DNA of 26,052 nt from an uncultured Methanosarcinales archaeon (lineage in GTDB: Archaea; Nanobdellota; Nanobdellia; Woesearchaeales; ARS49). The position numbers and the translations under genes were made by a program. Shown here in pieces: positions 13,817-22,242 of this stretch; the stretch's first letter is position 1, and each line of letters opens with the position of its first letter. Below the pieces are notes generated by a model that did not search any database, had not been told where the DNA came from, and saw nothing but the letters and a program-made list of their open reading frames with translations. The DNA lies in NCBI GenBank assembly GCA_964571335.1, contig CAZNAM010000001.1, positions 1-26,052 of the forward strand. The letters are read 5' to 3'.

Positions 13817-13997
13817 GCTGACTAGCCTGGGAGCAAAAGCGGCTCAGTACAGTCTTGTCAAAAAAGAAATTGATGATTTTATCATCTACCCGTTTATAGG
13901 TAATTAATTTCATTTTTGACACACAAAAATTTCATAAATTAGAATAATGGAATTTTTGGTGTTTTAAGACTTCTTAGGCTTAAGTTTGTATGAAAAA
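13817..13997 (+). ncRNA. Highly structured ~180-nt 5' leader RNA of the rpl3-rpl4-rpl23 operon (candidate ribosomal leader or ncRNA)
   Basis: Nested helices read by eye: 13824-32/13972-80, 13851-56/13966-71, 13857-64/13913-20, 13866-71/13906-11, 13872-77/13881-86, 13887-90/13899-902 and 13921-35/13947-62. No ORF of note lies in the interval. Confidence 0.7.
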
Positions 13998-14972
13998 ATG
14001 CCAAAAAAACATCATCCAAGACGAGGTTCATTGGCTGTTAGACCTAGAAAAAGGGCCAATAGTCAAAATGTTAGAGTTAGAAATTGGCCTTCTGTTTCTG
14101 ATAATAAACTTCTTGCTTTTGCAGGTTATAAAGCGGGTATGACTCACATTCTTATGAAGGATACAAGAGCAGGCATTCCTGAAAAAAATGCAACACTGAG
14201 TATACCTGTTACAATTATTGAATGCCCTCCTCTAAAAGTTATTGGTCTAAGAGGATATAAAAAAGACGTTTATGGTCTTTGTTGCTCAACCCAAAAATTT
14301 GTTGATAATATAGCAAAAATCGATAAACATCTTTCAAAAACTCTTATTCTTCCCAAAAAAGAACCAAAAACAATTGAACTTAATGATCTTGATGAAATCA
14401 GAATATTGGTTTGTACTCAACCATCTAAAACAAATATTGGTAAGAAAAAACCTGAAGTGTTTGAAATTGCTTTAGGTGGTAAGCAAGAAGATCAATTAAA
14501 ACTTGCAGAATCTTTACTAGGTAAAGAGATCAAAGCAAGTGATGTCTTTAAAGAAGGTGAAGAGTTAGATACTTCTTCAGTTACAAAAGGCAAGGGTTTT
14601 CAAGGCCCTGTTAAAAGACATGGAGTTAAAATTAGATTTCATAAAAGTGAAAAAACTAAGAGAGGCCCTGGTAGTCTTGGTCCTTGGCATGGCCCTAGAA
14701 TGTGGAAAGTTCCTCATGCAGGACAAATGGGTTATCATCAAAGATCAGAATATAATAAACAAGTATTTTTGATTAGTGATAAAGCAAATTTGATTAATCC
14801 TAAAGGAGGATTTATCAATTATGGTATTGTTAAAAATGATTTTATTATGATTAAAGGGAGTATTGGCGGTCCTAAAAAAAGACTTATCAAATTACTTTAT
14901 CCAATTAGACCTAATAAAAAACCTTTCAAATTATCCAAAATTGAATTTATTAGCCAGGAGTCTCAACAATGA
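13998..14972 (+). CDS. rpl3: 50S ribosomal protein uL3
   Basis: HPRRGSL..RPRKRA, GYKAGMTH, PVTIIECPP, VTKGKGFQGPVKRHG and AGQMGYHQRSEYNK. The ATG at 13998 is preferred over the TTG at 13986. Confidence 0.98.
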   Translation: MPKKHHPRRGSLAVRPRKRANSQNVRVRNWPSVSDNKLLAFAGYKAGMTHILMKDTRAGIPEKNATLSIPVTIIECPPLKVIGLRGYKKDVYGLCCSTQKFVDNIAKIDKHLSKTLILPKKEPKTIELNDLDEIRILVCTQPSKTNIGKKKPEVFEIALGGKQEDQLKLAESLLGKEIKASDVFKEGEELDTSSVTKGKGFQGPVKRHGVKIRFHKSEKTKRGPGSLGPWHGPRMWKVPHAGQMGYHQRSEYNKQVFLISDKANLINPKGGFINYGIVKNDFIMIKGSIGGPKKRLIKLLYPIRPNKKPFKLSKIEFISQESQQ

Positions 14973-15790
14973 AAGAAGTTAAGATTTTGAATTTAAATTG
15001 CGAAGAAACAGGAAAAATAAAACTTCCTGCCCAGTTTGAAGAACTTGTTAGACCTGATCTTATTAAAAGAGCTTTTTATGCTTTAATGAGTAATTCAAGA
15101 ACGCCTTATGGTGCTGCCCCAAGAGCAGGTAAATGTCATAGCGCAAGATTAAGTAAAAGAAGAAGAAAATATAGAGGTAGTTATGGTAAAGGTATTTCAA
15201 GAGTTCCAAGAAAAATCATGACTAGAAGAGGAATGCAGTTCAATTGGGTTGCTGCTTTTGCTCCTGGCACTGTTGGCGGTAGAAGAGCTTTTCCTCCAAC
15301 TGCTGAAAAAAATTGGAGTGTTAAGATTAATGATAAAGAAAGAAGAAAAGCAATCAGAAGTGCTTTATCCGCTACTTTTGATAAAAAATTCATTGAGTTA
15401 AGAAATCACAAAATTCCTTCTTCTTTTCCTTTTATTTTTTCTGATGATTTTGAAAACATAAAAAAAACTAATGAAGTTATTTCTCTTCTAAAAAAACTTG
15501 GTTTTGATGCAGAACTTAAAAGAAGTTCAAGAAAGAATATCAGAGCAGGTAAAGGCAAACTTAGAGGAAGAAAATACAAAAAAGCAAAAGGTGTTCTTAT
15601 TATATCTGGCAGTCAAAAAGCTGACATTATGAAAAGTGCCAATAATATTCCTGGTGTTGATATTGTTTTTGTCAAAAACATTAATGCTTTACTTTTAGCT
15701 CCTGGAGGAATTCCTGGAAGATTAACTATTTACACTAAAAAAGCTATTGACCTGATTGAAAAGGAGGCTCTTTTTGAAAATGGAAACTGA
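14969..15790 (+). CDS. rpl4: 50S ribosomal protein uL4
   Basis: VRPDLIKRAF, GISRVPR, APGTVGGRRAFPP, NIPGVD and LLAPGGIPGRLTIYT. Confidence 0.98.
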   Translation: MKEVKILNLNCEETGKIKLPAQFEELVRPDLIKRAFYALMSNSRTPYGAAPRAGKCHSARLSKRRRKYRGSYGKGISRVPRKIMTRRGMQFNWVAAFAPGTVGGRRAFPPTAEKNWSVKINDKERRKAIRSALSATFDKKFIELRNHKIPSSFPFIFSDDFENIKKTNEVISLLKKLGFDAELKRSSRKNIRAGKGKLRGRKYKKAKGVLIISGSQKADIMKSANNIPGVDIVFVKNINALLLAPGGIPGRLTIYTKKAIDLIEKEALFENGN

Positions 15791-16037
15791 CAAAGTTATC
15801 AAACATCCATTAGCTACTGAAAAAGCTATTAAGTTGATGGAATCTGAGAACAAGTTAGTTTTTGTTGTTGACTTTAAAGCAAGAAAAGCTGATGTCAAAA
15901 AAGCTGTTGAAGAAATGTTTAATGTTAAGATTGTTGATGTTAATACAGTTATTAGCAAGGGTAAAAAGAAAGCTTATGTTAAGTTTTCTGCAGAAACTCC
16001 TGCTATTGATATTGCAACAAAGATGGGTATAATGTAA
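15780..16037 (+). CDS. rpl23: 50S ribosomal protein uL23
   Basis: IKHPLATEKA...ENKLVFVVD.KA.KADVKKAVEEMFNVK...KKAYVKF...A.DIATKMGI. The ATG at 15780 is preferred. Confidence 0.97.
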   Translation: METDKVIKHPLATEKAIKLMESENKLVFVVDFKARKADVKKAVEEMFNVKIVDVNTVISKGKKKAYVKFSAETPAIDIATKMGIM

Positions 16038-16038
16038 G

Positions 16039-16749
16039 ATGGGAAAGAGAATCATACAACAAGCCAGAGGAAAAGGCGGTCCAAGATATAAATCTCCTAG
16101 TTTCAGATATCTTGATGATATAAAATTTAGGTCTTTGGGTGTAGAAAACGTTAATGGTTTTGTAAGAGATTTTACTAAATGCCCTGGACATTATTGTCCT
16201 CTTGCAGCTATTGAATTCGAGGATGGTTTTAGATCTTTTATGATTGCTCCTGAAGGATTAAGAGTTGGAGATAAAATTTCATATTGTGATAATGAAGTTG
16301 AAGCAGGTAATGTACTTATTTTGAAAAATATTCCTGAAGGAACTGAAATTTTTAATATTGAATCTATGCCTGGAGATGGTGGAAAGTTTTGTAGAACCTC
16401 GGGAACATCTGCTAAAGTTGTTTCAAAAACAGAAACTCAGGCAGTTGTTTTATTGCCTTCAAAAAGAAAAAAGAATTTTAATTTAAAATGCAGAGCTTGT
16501 ATTGGGATTGTTGCAGGGGGAGGAAGACCTGAAAAACCTTTCTTAAAAGCAGGCAATAAACATCATGCAATGAAAGCAAGGAATAAGTTATATCCTTTAA
16601 CAAATGCTTCTGCAATGAATAATGTTGATCATCCTTTTGGTAATAAAAGGACTTCAAGAAAAGCAAGACAAAAAGGTGCTTCCAAGTTCGCACCACCAGG
16701 AAGAAAAGTAGGTAAATTATGGCCTAAGAGAACTGGTAAGAGGAATTAA
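16039..16749 (+). CDS. rpl2: 50S ribosomal protein uL2
   Basis: MGKRIIQQARGKG, NIPEGT.IFNIE..PGDGGKF.R.SG, GGGRPEKPFLKAG, AMN.VDHPFG and APPGRKVG. Confidence 0.98.
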   Translation: MGKRIIQQARGKGGPRYKSPSFRYLDDIKFRSLGVENVNGFVRDFTKCPGHYCPLAAIEFEDGFRSFMIAPEGLRVGDKISYCDNEVEAGNVLILKNIPEGTEIFNIESMPGDGGKFCRTSGTSAKVVSKTETQAVVLLPSKRKKNFNLKCRACIGIVAGGGRPEKPFLKAGNKHHAMKARNKLYPLTNASAMNNVDHPFGNKRTSRKARQKGASKFAPPGRKVGKLWPKRTGKRN

Positions 16750-16751
16750 AT

Positions 16752-17135
16752 ATGGCAAAGAAAGTTTTAACATTCAAAGGTAAAACCTTAGAGGAATTAA
16801 AAGAAATGGGTTTAACTGAATTTATGGATCTTATCAAATCTCGTTCAAGAAGAACTTTGAAGAGGGGATTTACTGATGCTCAAAAAATTTTATTGAAAAG
16901 ATTAAAGACTGCTAAAAAACCTTTGAAGACCCATTGCAGAGATATTGTTATTGTTCCAGATATGTTAGAGAAAAGAATTTTGGTTCATTCTGGTAAAGAA
17001 TGGGTTGCTGTTGAAATTAATATTGAAATGCTAGGTAAAAAACTTGGAGAGTTTGTTTTAACTCGTAAAAAAGTTGCACATAGTGCACCAGGTGTGGGAG
17101 CAACAAGATCAAGTAAGCATTTGTCTGTAAGATAA
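16752..17135 (+). CDS. rps19: 30S ribosomal protein uS19
   Basis: FKGKTLEEL, KTHCRDIVIVP, EMLGKKLGEF.LTRK.V.HSAPGVGATRSSK. Confidence 0.98.
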   Translation: MAKKVLTFKGKTLEELKEMGLTEFMDLIKSRSRRTLKRGFTDAQKILLKRLKTAKKPLKTHCRDIVIVPDMLEKRILVHSGKEWVAVEINIEMLGKKLGEFVLTRKKVAHSAPGVGATRSSKHLSVR

Positions 17136-17152
17136 AAATAAAATAATACAAA

Positions 17153-17581
17153 ATGAGCGAATATAAATATAGCACGGAATTGAAAGAGAATATGTGTAAG
17201 GCAGTTGGACTTGGCTTGCCTATTAGTAGTAAGCAAAGTATTGAAATTTGTAATAAAATAAGAGGGATGAAATTAGATAAAGCTCTTGTTTATTTAGATA
17301 GTGTTATTGAATTAAAACAAGCAGTTCCTTTTAGAAGATTTACAAACATACCTCATCAAGTAGGTACTGGTCCAGGAAGATTTCCTATAAAATCAAGCAG
17401 TCACATTCACAAAATCTTGAAATCTGCTGAAGCTAATGCTCAATTTAAAGGTTTGAGTGTTAATAATTTATTTATCAAACACATATCAGCTCAAAAAGGT
17501 TCAAAGACAATCAGATATGGCAGACGAAGAACCCAAACAAAAAGAACAAATATTGAAGTTGTTCTAGAGGAGAAAAAATGA
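17153..17581 (+). CDS. rpl22: 50S ribosomal protein uL22
   Basis: ISSKQSIEICNKIRGM, AVPFRRF, GRFPIK and LKSAEANA..KGL. Confidence 0.97.
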   Translation: MSEYKYSTELKENMCKAVGLGLPISSKQSIEICNKIRGMKLDKALVYLDSVIELKQAVPFRRFTNIPHQVGTGPGRFPIKSSSHIHKILKSAEANAQFKGLSVNNLFIKHISAQKGSKTIRYGRRRTQTKRTNIEVVLEEKK

Positions 17582-18276
17582 TTGAAAGAAAATTTGTGAG
17601 AGAGAACTTGAAAGAATATCAAATTAAAGAATACATTACTGAAACTTTGAAAAATGTAGGTCATAGTGAAACTAAGCTTCAAAGAACTCCTCTTGGTGAA
17701 AAAATTATTGTTTCAGCTTCACGTCCAGGTCTTGTTGTTGGTAGAAAAGGAGAAAATATCAAAAAATTAACTAACACTTTAAAAAATAAGTTTGGTTTAG
17801 AAAATCCTCAAATAGAAATTGATGAAGTAAAAAATCCAAATCTTGATGCTCAGATCGTTGCAGAAAGAATTGCTTCAACTCTTGAAAGATTTGGTTTGCA
17901 AAAATTTAAAGGAATAGGACATAGAACTCTACATGATGTTATGACTGCGGGTGCTAGAGGTGTTGAAATAATTATGTCTGGTAGAATTCCTAGTCAAAGA
18001 GCTAGAAGTTGGAGATTCTATGAAGGTTATTTAAAAAAATCAGGAGATGCTAGTAATAATGTGTTGAAATCAATAAGTTCTGCTACCTTAAAAACAGGTG
18101 CAGTAGGTATTAAAGTATCAATCATGCCTCCTGAATTAAGACTTCCTGATGATGTTAAAGTTAAAGATGAAATTACAGAAGAAAAAATAGAAATTGTAAA
18201 AAAAGTAGAAAAAGAAAAACCAGATAAAAAAGAAACAACAAAGAAGAAAACCAATAAAGAGGTTAAGAAGAAATGA
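17578..18276 (+). CDS. rps3: 30S ribosomal protein uS3
   Basis: MIERKFV, TPLGEKII..ASRPGLVVGRKGENIKKLT, P.LDAQIVAERIA..LER and GARGVEIIMSGR. Confidence 0.98.
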   Translation: MIERKFVRENLKEYQIKEYITETLKNVGHSETKLQRTPLGEKIIVSASRPGLVVGRKGENIKKLTNTLKNKFGLENPQIEIDEVKNPNLDAQIVAERIASTLERFGLQKFKGIGHRTLHDVMTAGARGVEIIMSGRIPSQRARSWRFYEGYLKKSGDASNNVLKSISSATLKTGAVGIKVSIMPPELRLPDDVKVKDEITEEKIEIVKKVEKEKPDKKETTKKKTNKEVKKK

Positions 18277-18476
18277 AAATTAAAGAATTACGTTCACTTA
18301 ATCTGGAAGATTTAAAGAATAAAAAAATAGAAATTAGAAAAGAGTTAATGAAAGAACTAGCTATGAGCTCCACTGGCACTATTCCCAAAAATCCAGGAAA
18401 GATTGGTGCTATGAAAAAAACAATTGCAAGAATCAATATGACTCTTGCTGAGAAGGAGGCAAAGACTAAAGCATGA
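18273..18476 (+). CDS. rpl29: 50S ribosomal protein uL29
   Basis: KIKELRSL...NPGKIGAMKKTIARINM, and its position in the operon. Confidence 0.95.
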   Translation: MKIKELRSLNLEDLKNKKIEIRKELMKELAMSSTGTIPKNPGKIGAMKKTIARINMTLAEKEAKTKA

Positions 18477-18781
18477 CTGAAATTTGCCCAACTTGTGGAC
18501 TTCCAAAGGACTTGTGTGTTTGTGAAAGTATTGCAAAAGAAACTGTAAAAATCACAATCAAAATTGAAAAAAGAAAATTTGGAAAACAATACACCATTGT
18601 TGAAGGTATTGATGGCAAAGAAATCAACTTGAATGATTTGGTTAAAACACTAAAAGCAAAGCTTGCTTGTGGTGGAACAGCTAAAAGCGGCAAAATCGAA
18701 CTTCAAGGAGATCACAAACAAAAAATCAAGTCTTTGTTAATTGAAGCTGGTTTTGCACCAGAAACAATCAACATTAAATAA
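18473..18781 (+). CDS. sui1: Translation initiation factor SUI1 (aIF1)
   Basis: CPTCGLPKDLCVCESIAKE, RKFGKQYTIVEG and LKAKLACGGT.K.G.IELQGDH. Confidence 0.97.
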   Translation: MTEICPTCGLPKDLCVCESIAKETVKITIKIEKRKFGKQYTIVEGIDGKEINLNDLVKTLKAKLACGGTAKSGKIELQGDHKQKIKSLLIEAGFAPETINIK

Positions 18782-18797
18782 TCACTAGGTGAAGTTA

Positions 18798-19082
18798 ATG
18801 AAAGAAAAAATTGAAAAAATCGTAACCCATGGACGGGAATTCACAGGCGTTGTTGTTAGTGATAAAGCTAGTAAAAGTGTAACAGTTGAATGGGTGAAAA
18901 GAAAAAAAGTTCCAAAATATGAACGTTATGATGTGTTTAAAACAAAAGTAAAAGCACATAATCTTATTGGAGCAAAAATAGGAGATATTGTTGTAATAAA
19001 AGAGTGTAGACCATTAAGTAAAACAAAACATTTCCTTGTTACTAAAATAATAACTGATAAAACTGAAGAGGTTAGCAAATGA
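18798..19082 (+). CDS. rps17: 30S ribosomal protein uS17
   Basis: THGREFTGVVVS.KA.KSVTV, VPKYERY, AHN..GAKIGDIV.IKECRPLSKTKHF. The ATG at 18798 follows SD AGGTGA (18787-18792). Confidence 0.97.
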   Translation: MKEKIEKIVTHGREFTGVVVSDKASKSVTVEWVKRKKVPKYERYDVFKTKVKAHNLIGAKIGDIVVIKECRPLSKTKHFLVTKIITDKTEEVSK

Positions 19083-19480
19083 AAGCGTTAGGAAGTAGAG
19101 TGCCAAAATCTTTACCTCATTACGCAAAGATTACTGCATGCGACAATAGTGGTGCAAGGATTTTGAAAGTTGTTAGTGTTAAAGGTTCCAAAACTGTTAA
19201 AGGTAGAAAACCTGCCGCAGGCATTGGTGATTTAATAATGGCTTCAGTTGTTGAAGGCAAACCTGATATGAGAAAACAGGTTGTCATGGCAGTTATTGTT
19301 CGTCAAAAAAAATCAATTAGAAGACAAAATGGTTTAAGAGTTAAATTTGAAGATAATGCTGCAGTTGTCATTAAAGATAAATTTGGTAATCCTAAAGGTA
19401 CTATGATTAAAGGCCCAATTGCTAAGGAGGTTGCTACTAGATGGCCTTTGATTGGTAAAGTAGCTAAAATTATTGTTTAA
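19079..19480 (+). CDS. rpl14: 50S ribosomal protein uL14
   Basis: CDNSGARIL, AAGIGDLI, VIVRQKK.IRR.NG.RVKFEDNAAV and KGPIAKEVA.RWP. Confidence 0.98.
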   Translation: MKALGSRVPKSLPHYAKITACDNSGARILKVVSVKGSKTVKGRKPAAGIGDLIMASVVEGKPDMRKQVVMAVIVRQKKSIRRQNGLRVKFEDNAAVVIKDKFGNPKGTMIKGPIAKEVATRWPLIGKVAKIIV

Positions 19481-19481
19481 A

Positions 19482-19862
19482 ATGAAAAATCAAAATAAAT
19501 GGTGTAAGACTTGGAATAGAAGTGTCCAGCCAAGAAAGCAGAGAGCATATAATAAAAATTGCCCTGTTCATATTAGAGGTAATATGATGTGTTCTCACCT
19601 TTCAAAAGAACTCAAAGAAAAACATGGATTCAGGTCTATAAGAATTAAGAAAGGTGACAAGATTAAAGTTTTAAGAGGACAATTCAAGGGGGTTGTTGGA
19701 AAAGTTGAAACTGTTAATACTATTAGACAAAGAATTTTTGTTACAGGTGTTGAACAGGAAAAAATGGATGGAAGCAAAGCTCTGTATCCCATTCATCCTT
19801 CAAATGTTTCAATTATTGAACTTGATTTGAATGATAAAAGAAGGTTAGGTGAAAAGAAATGA
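19482..19862 (+). CDS. rpl24: 50S ribosomal protein uL24
   Basis: SVQPRKQR, LSKELKEKHG.RSIRIKKGDKIKVLRGQFKG and PIHPSNVSIIELDLND.RR. The ATG at 19482 is preferred. Confidence 0.97.
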   Translation: MKNQNKWCKTWNRSVQPRKQRAYNKNCPVHIRGNMMCSHLSKELKEKHGFRSIRIKKGDKIKVLRGQFKGVVGKVETVNTIRQRIFVTGVEQEKMDGSKALYPIHPSNVSIIELDLNDKRRLGEKK

Positions 19863-20542
19863 CTAAAAACCATTTGAAGAGGAATGTTGCAAATAAGAGT
19901 TGGATTCTCTTACGTAAAGAAAACAAATATGTAATAAAACCTTCAGCAGGAAAACACAAAATAAAAGATTGTGTTCCTTTAGGTTATTTACTAAAAAATC
20001 TTGGTTTTGTACAAACAACAAAAGAAGCTAAAAAACTTTTATTGTTAAATAATGTCCTTGTTGATAAGAAAAAAGTGATGGAAATTAAATATCCTATTGG
20101 TTTCATGGATGTTATTTCAGTTAATGATAAAAATTTAAGATGTGCTTTTGATAATAAAGGTAGAATTTGTTTTATTGACATAGATGAAGCAGATTCAAAT
20201 AAAAAAATATGCAAGATTCTTGAAAAAAGTAAAGTGAAACAAGGAAAAACTCAATTAAATTTATCTGACGGAAGAAATATTCTTGTTGATAAAGATGAAT
20301 TCAAGGTGGGTGATTCTATTGTTTTAGAATTGCCTTCTCAAAAAATAATTAAGAATTTATCTTTTAACACAGGAGCTCTTATTTTGCTCACCGGTGGAAA
20401 ACATATTGGCAGTACTGGTTTTATTGAAAAAATTTTACCTAAGCATATTTTATTTAAAGATGAAAAAGGAAATAAATTTCCAACACTAAAAAAATATGGT
20501 TTTGTTATTGGAACAAACAAACCAGAATTTAAGATAAAATGA
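19859..20542 (+). CDS. rps4e: 30S ribosomal protein eS4
   Basis: HLKR..A.KSW, KPSAGKH, YPIGFMDVIS, QLNLSDGRNIL and LTGGKHIG..G. Confidence 0.97.
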   Translation: MTKNHLKRNVANKSWILLRKENKYVIKPSAGKHKIKDCVPLGYLLKNLGFVQTTKEAKKLLLLNNVLVDKKKVMEIKYPIGFMDVISVNDKNLRCAFDNKGRICFIDIDEADSNKKICKILEKSKVKQGKTQLNLSDGRNILVDKDEFKVGDSIVLELPSQKIIKNLSFNTGALILLTGGKHIGSTGFIEKILPKHILFKDEKGNKFPTLKKYGFVIGTNKPEFKIK

Positions 20543-21069
20543 ATCCGATGAAAAATATTAGGATGGCGAAAGTTACTCTCAACATAGGTGCTGGTAAAGA
20601 TCAGACCAAGTTAGAAAAAGGAATCCAATTAATTAAATCAATTACAGGTATTGACCCTATTAAAACTGTTACTCAAAAAAGAATTCCTTCATGGGGTATT
20701 AGACCTGGTTTGCCTATTGGTTGTAAACTTACTTTAAGAAAAGATATAGCAAAAGATGTCTTGAAAAGAATTCTTGTTGCTAAAGAGAATACTCTTAACT
20801 TAACTAATTTTGATCAAAAAGGAAATGTTTCATTTGGCATTCATGAATATATTGACATTCCTGGTGTTGTTTATGATCCTAAAATAGGAATTATGGGTTT
20901 ACAAATTTGTATAACTCTTGAAAAACCAGGATTTAGAATTAAACATAGAAAAATTAATGCTAAAAAAATTCCAAAAAATCATAATGTATCTCAAGAAGAG
21001 GCAGTTAGCTTCCTTAAAGATGAATTTGGAGTTATTATTAATATAGGTGATTCAGGTGATAGAAAATGA
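20539..21069 (+). CDS. rpl5: 50S ribosomal protein uL5
   Basis: [61 protein letters not shown]. Confidence 0.98.
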   Translation: MNPMKNIRMAKVTLNIGAGKDQTKLEKGIQLIKSITGIDPIKTVTQKRIPSWGIRPGLPIGCKLTLRKDIAKDVLKRILVAKENTLNLTNFDQKGNVSFGIHEYIDIPGVVYDPKIGIMGLQICITLEKPGFRIKHRKINAKKIPKNHNVSQEEAVSFLKDEFGVIINIGDSGDRK

Positions 21070-21296
21070 CTGTGAGTGATTGGAGAAAAGCTTTCAAACA
21101 GCTTAAAGCTAAACCAGCGAAGTTAAGAAAGTATATCAAGCATAATGCTCCTAAGAAAAGGGGTGTTGGAAGAACAACTAAAAAATGTTCAAGGTGCGGC
21201 AGTCATGGAGGCCATATTAGCAAATATGGTGTTAACTTATGTAGGCATTGTTTTAGAGAACTTGCAACAAAAGTTGGTTTCAAAAAATATAGTTGA
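21066..21296 (+). CDS. rps14: 30S ribosomal protein uS14 (zinc-binding) with N-terminal extension
   Basis: KKCSRCG...[26 protein letters not shown]. Confidence 0.97.
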   Translation: MTVSDWRKAFKQLKAKPAKLRKYIKHNAPKKRGVGRTTKKCSRCGSHGGHISKYGVNLCRHCFRELATKVGFKKYS

Positions 21297-21310
21297 GGAA
21301 ATAAAAGAAA

Positions 21311-21700
21311 ATGTTGAATGACCCTTTAGCAAATGTTTTGTCGAAAATATTAAATTATGAAGATAAAGGTAAGAAAGAGTTAATCATACATCCTTGCTCT
21401 AAGATAATTAAAAATATTTTAAAAATATTTCAAGAAAAACTTTATATTGGCGAGCTTGAAGAAATTACAACCTCAAGAGGGGGAGTTTCAAAACTTAATT
21501 TAATTGGTTCAATTAATAAATGTGGAGTAATCAAACCAAGATTTAGTGTAACTCTTGATGAATATGATAAATTTGAAAAAAGATATTTGCCTTCAGTAGG
21601 TGTTGGTATTTTAATTGTTTCAACTTCAAAAGGTTTAATGACCCATGAAGAAGCTAAAAATAAAAAATTGGGAGGCAGGCTTATTGCTTACTGTTACTAA
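21311..21700 (+). CDS. rps8: 30S ribosomal protein uS8
   Basis: MLNDPLANVLS, LIGSINKCGVIKPRF, EKRYLP..GVGILIVSTSKGLMTHEEAK.KKLGGRLIAYCY. Confidence 0.98.
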   Translation: MLNDPLANVLSKILNYEDKGKKELIIHPCSKIIKNILKIFQEKLYIGELEEITTSRGGVSKLNLIGSINKCGVIKPRFSVTLDEYDKFEKRYLPSVGVGILIVSTSKGLMTHEEAKNKKLGGRLIAYCY

Positions 21701-22242
21701 TGAAAGAAGATCTTCAAGAAATTATTGAAATTGGGGAAGGAATTGAAGTTTCATTAGCTGGAACTATTTTAAATGTTAAAGGCCCTGCTGGAGAATTGTC
21801 TAAAGATTTTGAACATCCTAGAATTACAATTAAAGTAGAAGATAATAAAATAATTCTTGAAACAAAAAATGCAACTAAAAGAGAAAAAACTATGCTGAAA
21901 ACTTTTATTGCTCATATTAAAAATTTATTAAAAGGCGTAAAAAATAAATTTTTGTACACTCTTAAAATTTGTTCAAGTCACTTTCCTATGAATGTTTCTT
22001 TAAGTGGGAAAAAATTAATTATCAAAAATTTTTTGGGTGAAAAGTGTCCGAGAAATTTAAAGATTAAGGAAGGTGTTGAGGTTAAAATTAACGGAGACCT
22101 TATTGAAGTTTCATCTTGTAGCAAAGAGTTTGCAGGAAATGTTGCTTCAGATATTGAATTACTCACTAAAAAAGTCGGCAAAGATGTAAGAATTTTTCAA
22201 GATGGTATTTATATTACAGATAAAGGGGGTAAAGCAGTATAA
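21700..22242 (+). CDS. rpl6: 50S ribosomal protein uL6
   Basis: VKGPAGEL, AHIKNLLKGV, SHFPMNV, NFLGEK.PR and KDVRIFQDGIYIT.K. Confidence 0.97.
   Translation: MKEDLQEIIEIGEGIEVSLAGTILNVKGPAGELSKDFEHPRITIKVEDNKIILETKNATKREKTMLKTFIAHIKNLLKGVKNKFLYTLKICSSHFPMNVSLSGKKLIIKNFLGEKCPRNLKIKEGVEVKINGDLIEVSSCSKEFAGNVASDIELLTKKVGKDVRIFQDGIYITDKGGKAV

Noticed and set aside
13842-13850. GCUCAGUAC resembling part of the sarcin-ricin loop
   Set aside because: The following GAGAGGAA half is missing, and a 9-nt similarity is not enough to claim rRNA mimicry without covariation data.
13817-13997. Leader region as RNase P RNA, SRP RNA, 5S rRNA or C/D-box sRNA
   Set aside because: There is no GAGGAAAGUCC P4 motif. 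The GGGAGCAA fragment lacks the CAGG/GNRA side of SRP helix 8. CUGA (13818) and UGAUGA (13871) are in the wrong order and spacing for a C/D guide. There is no 5S consensus.
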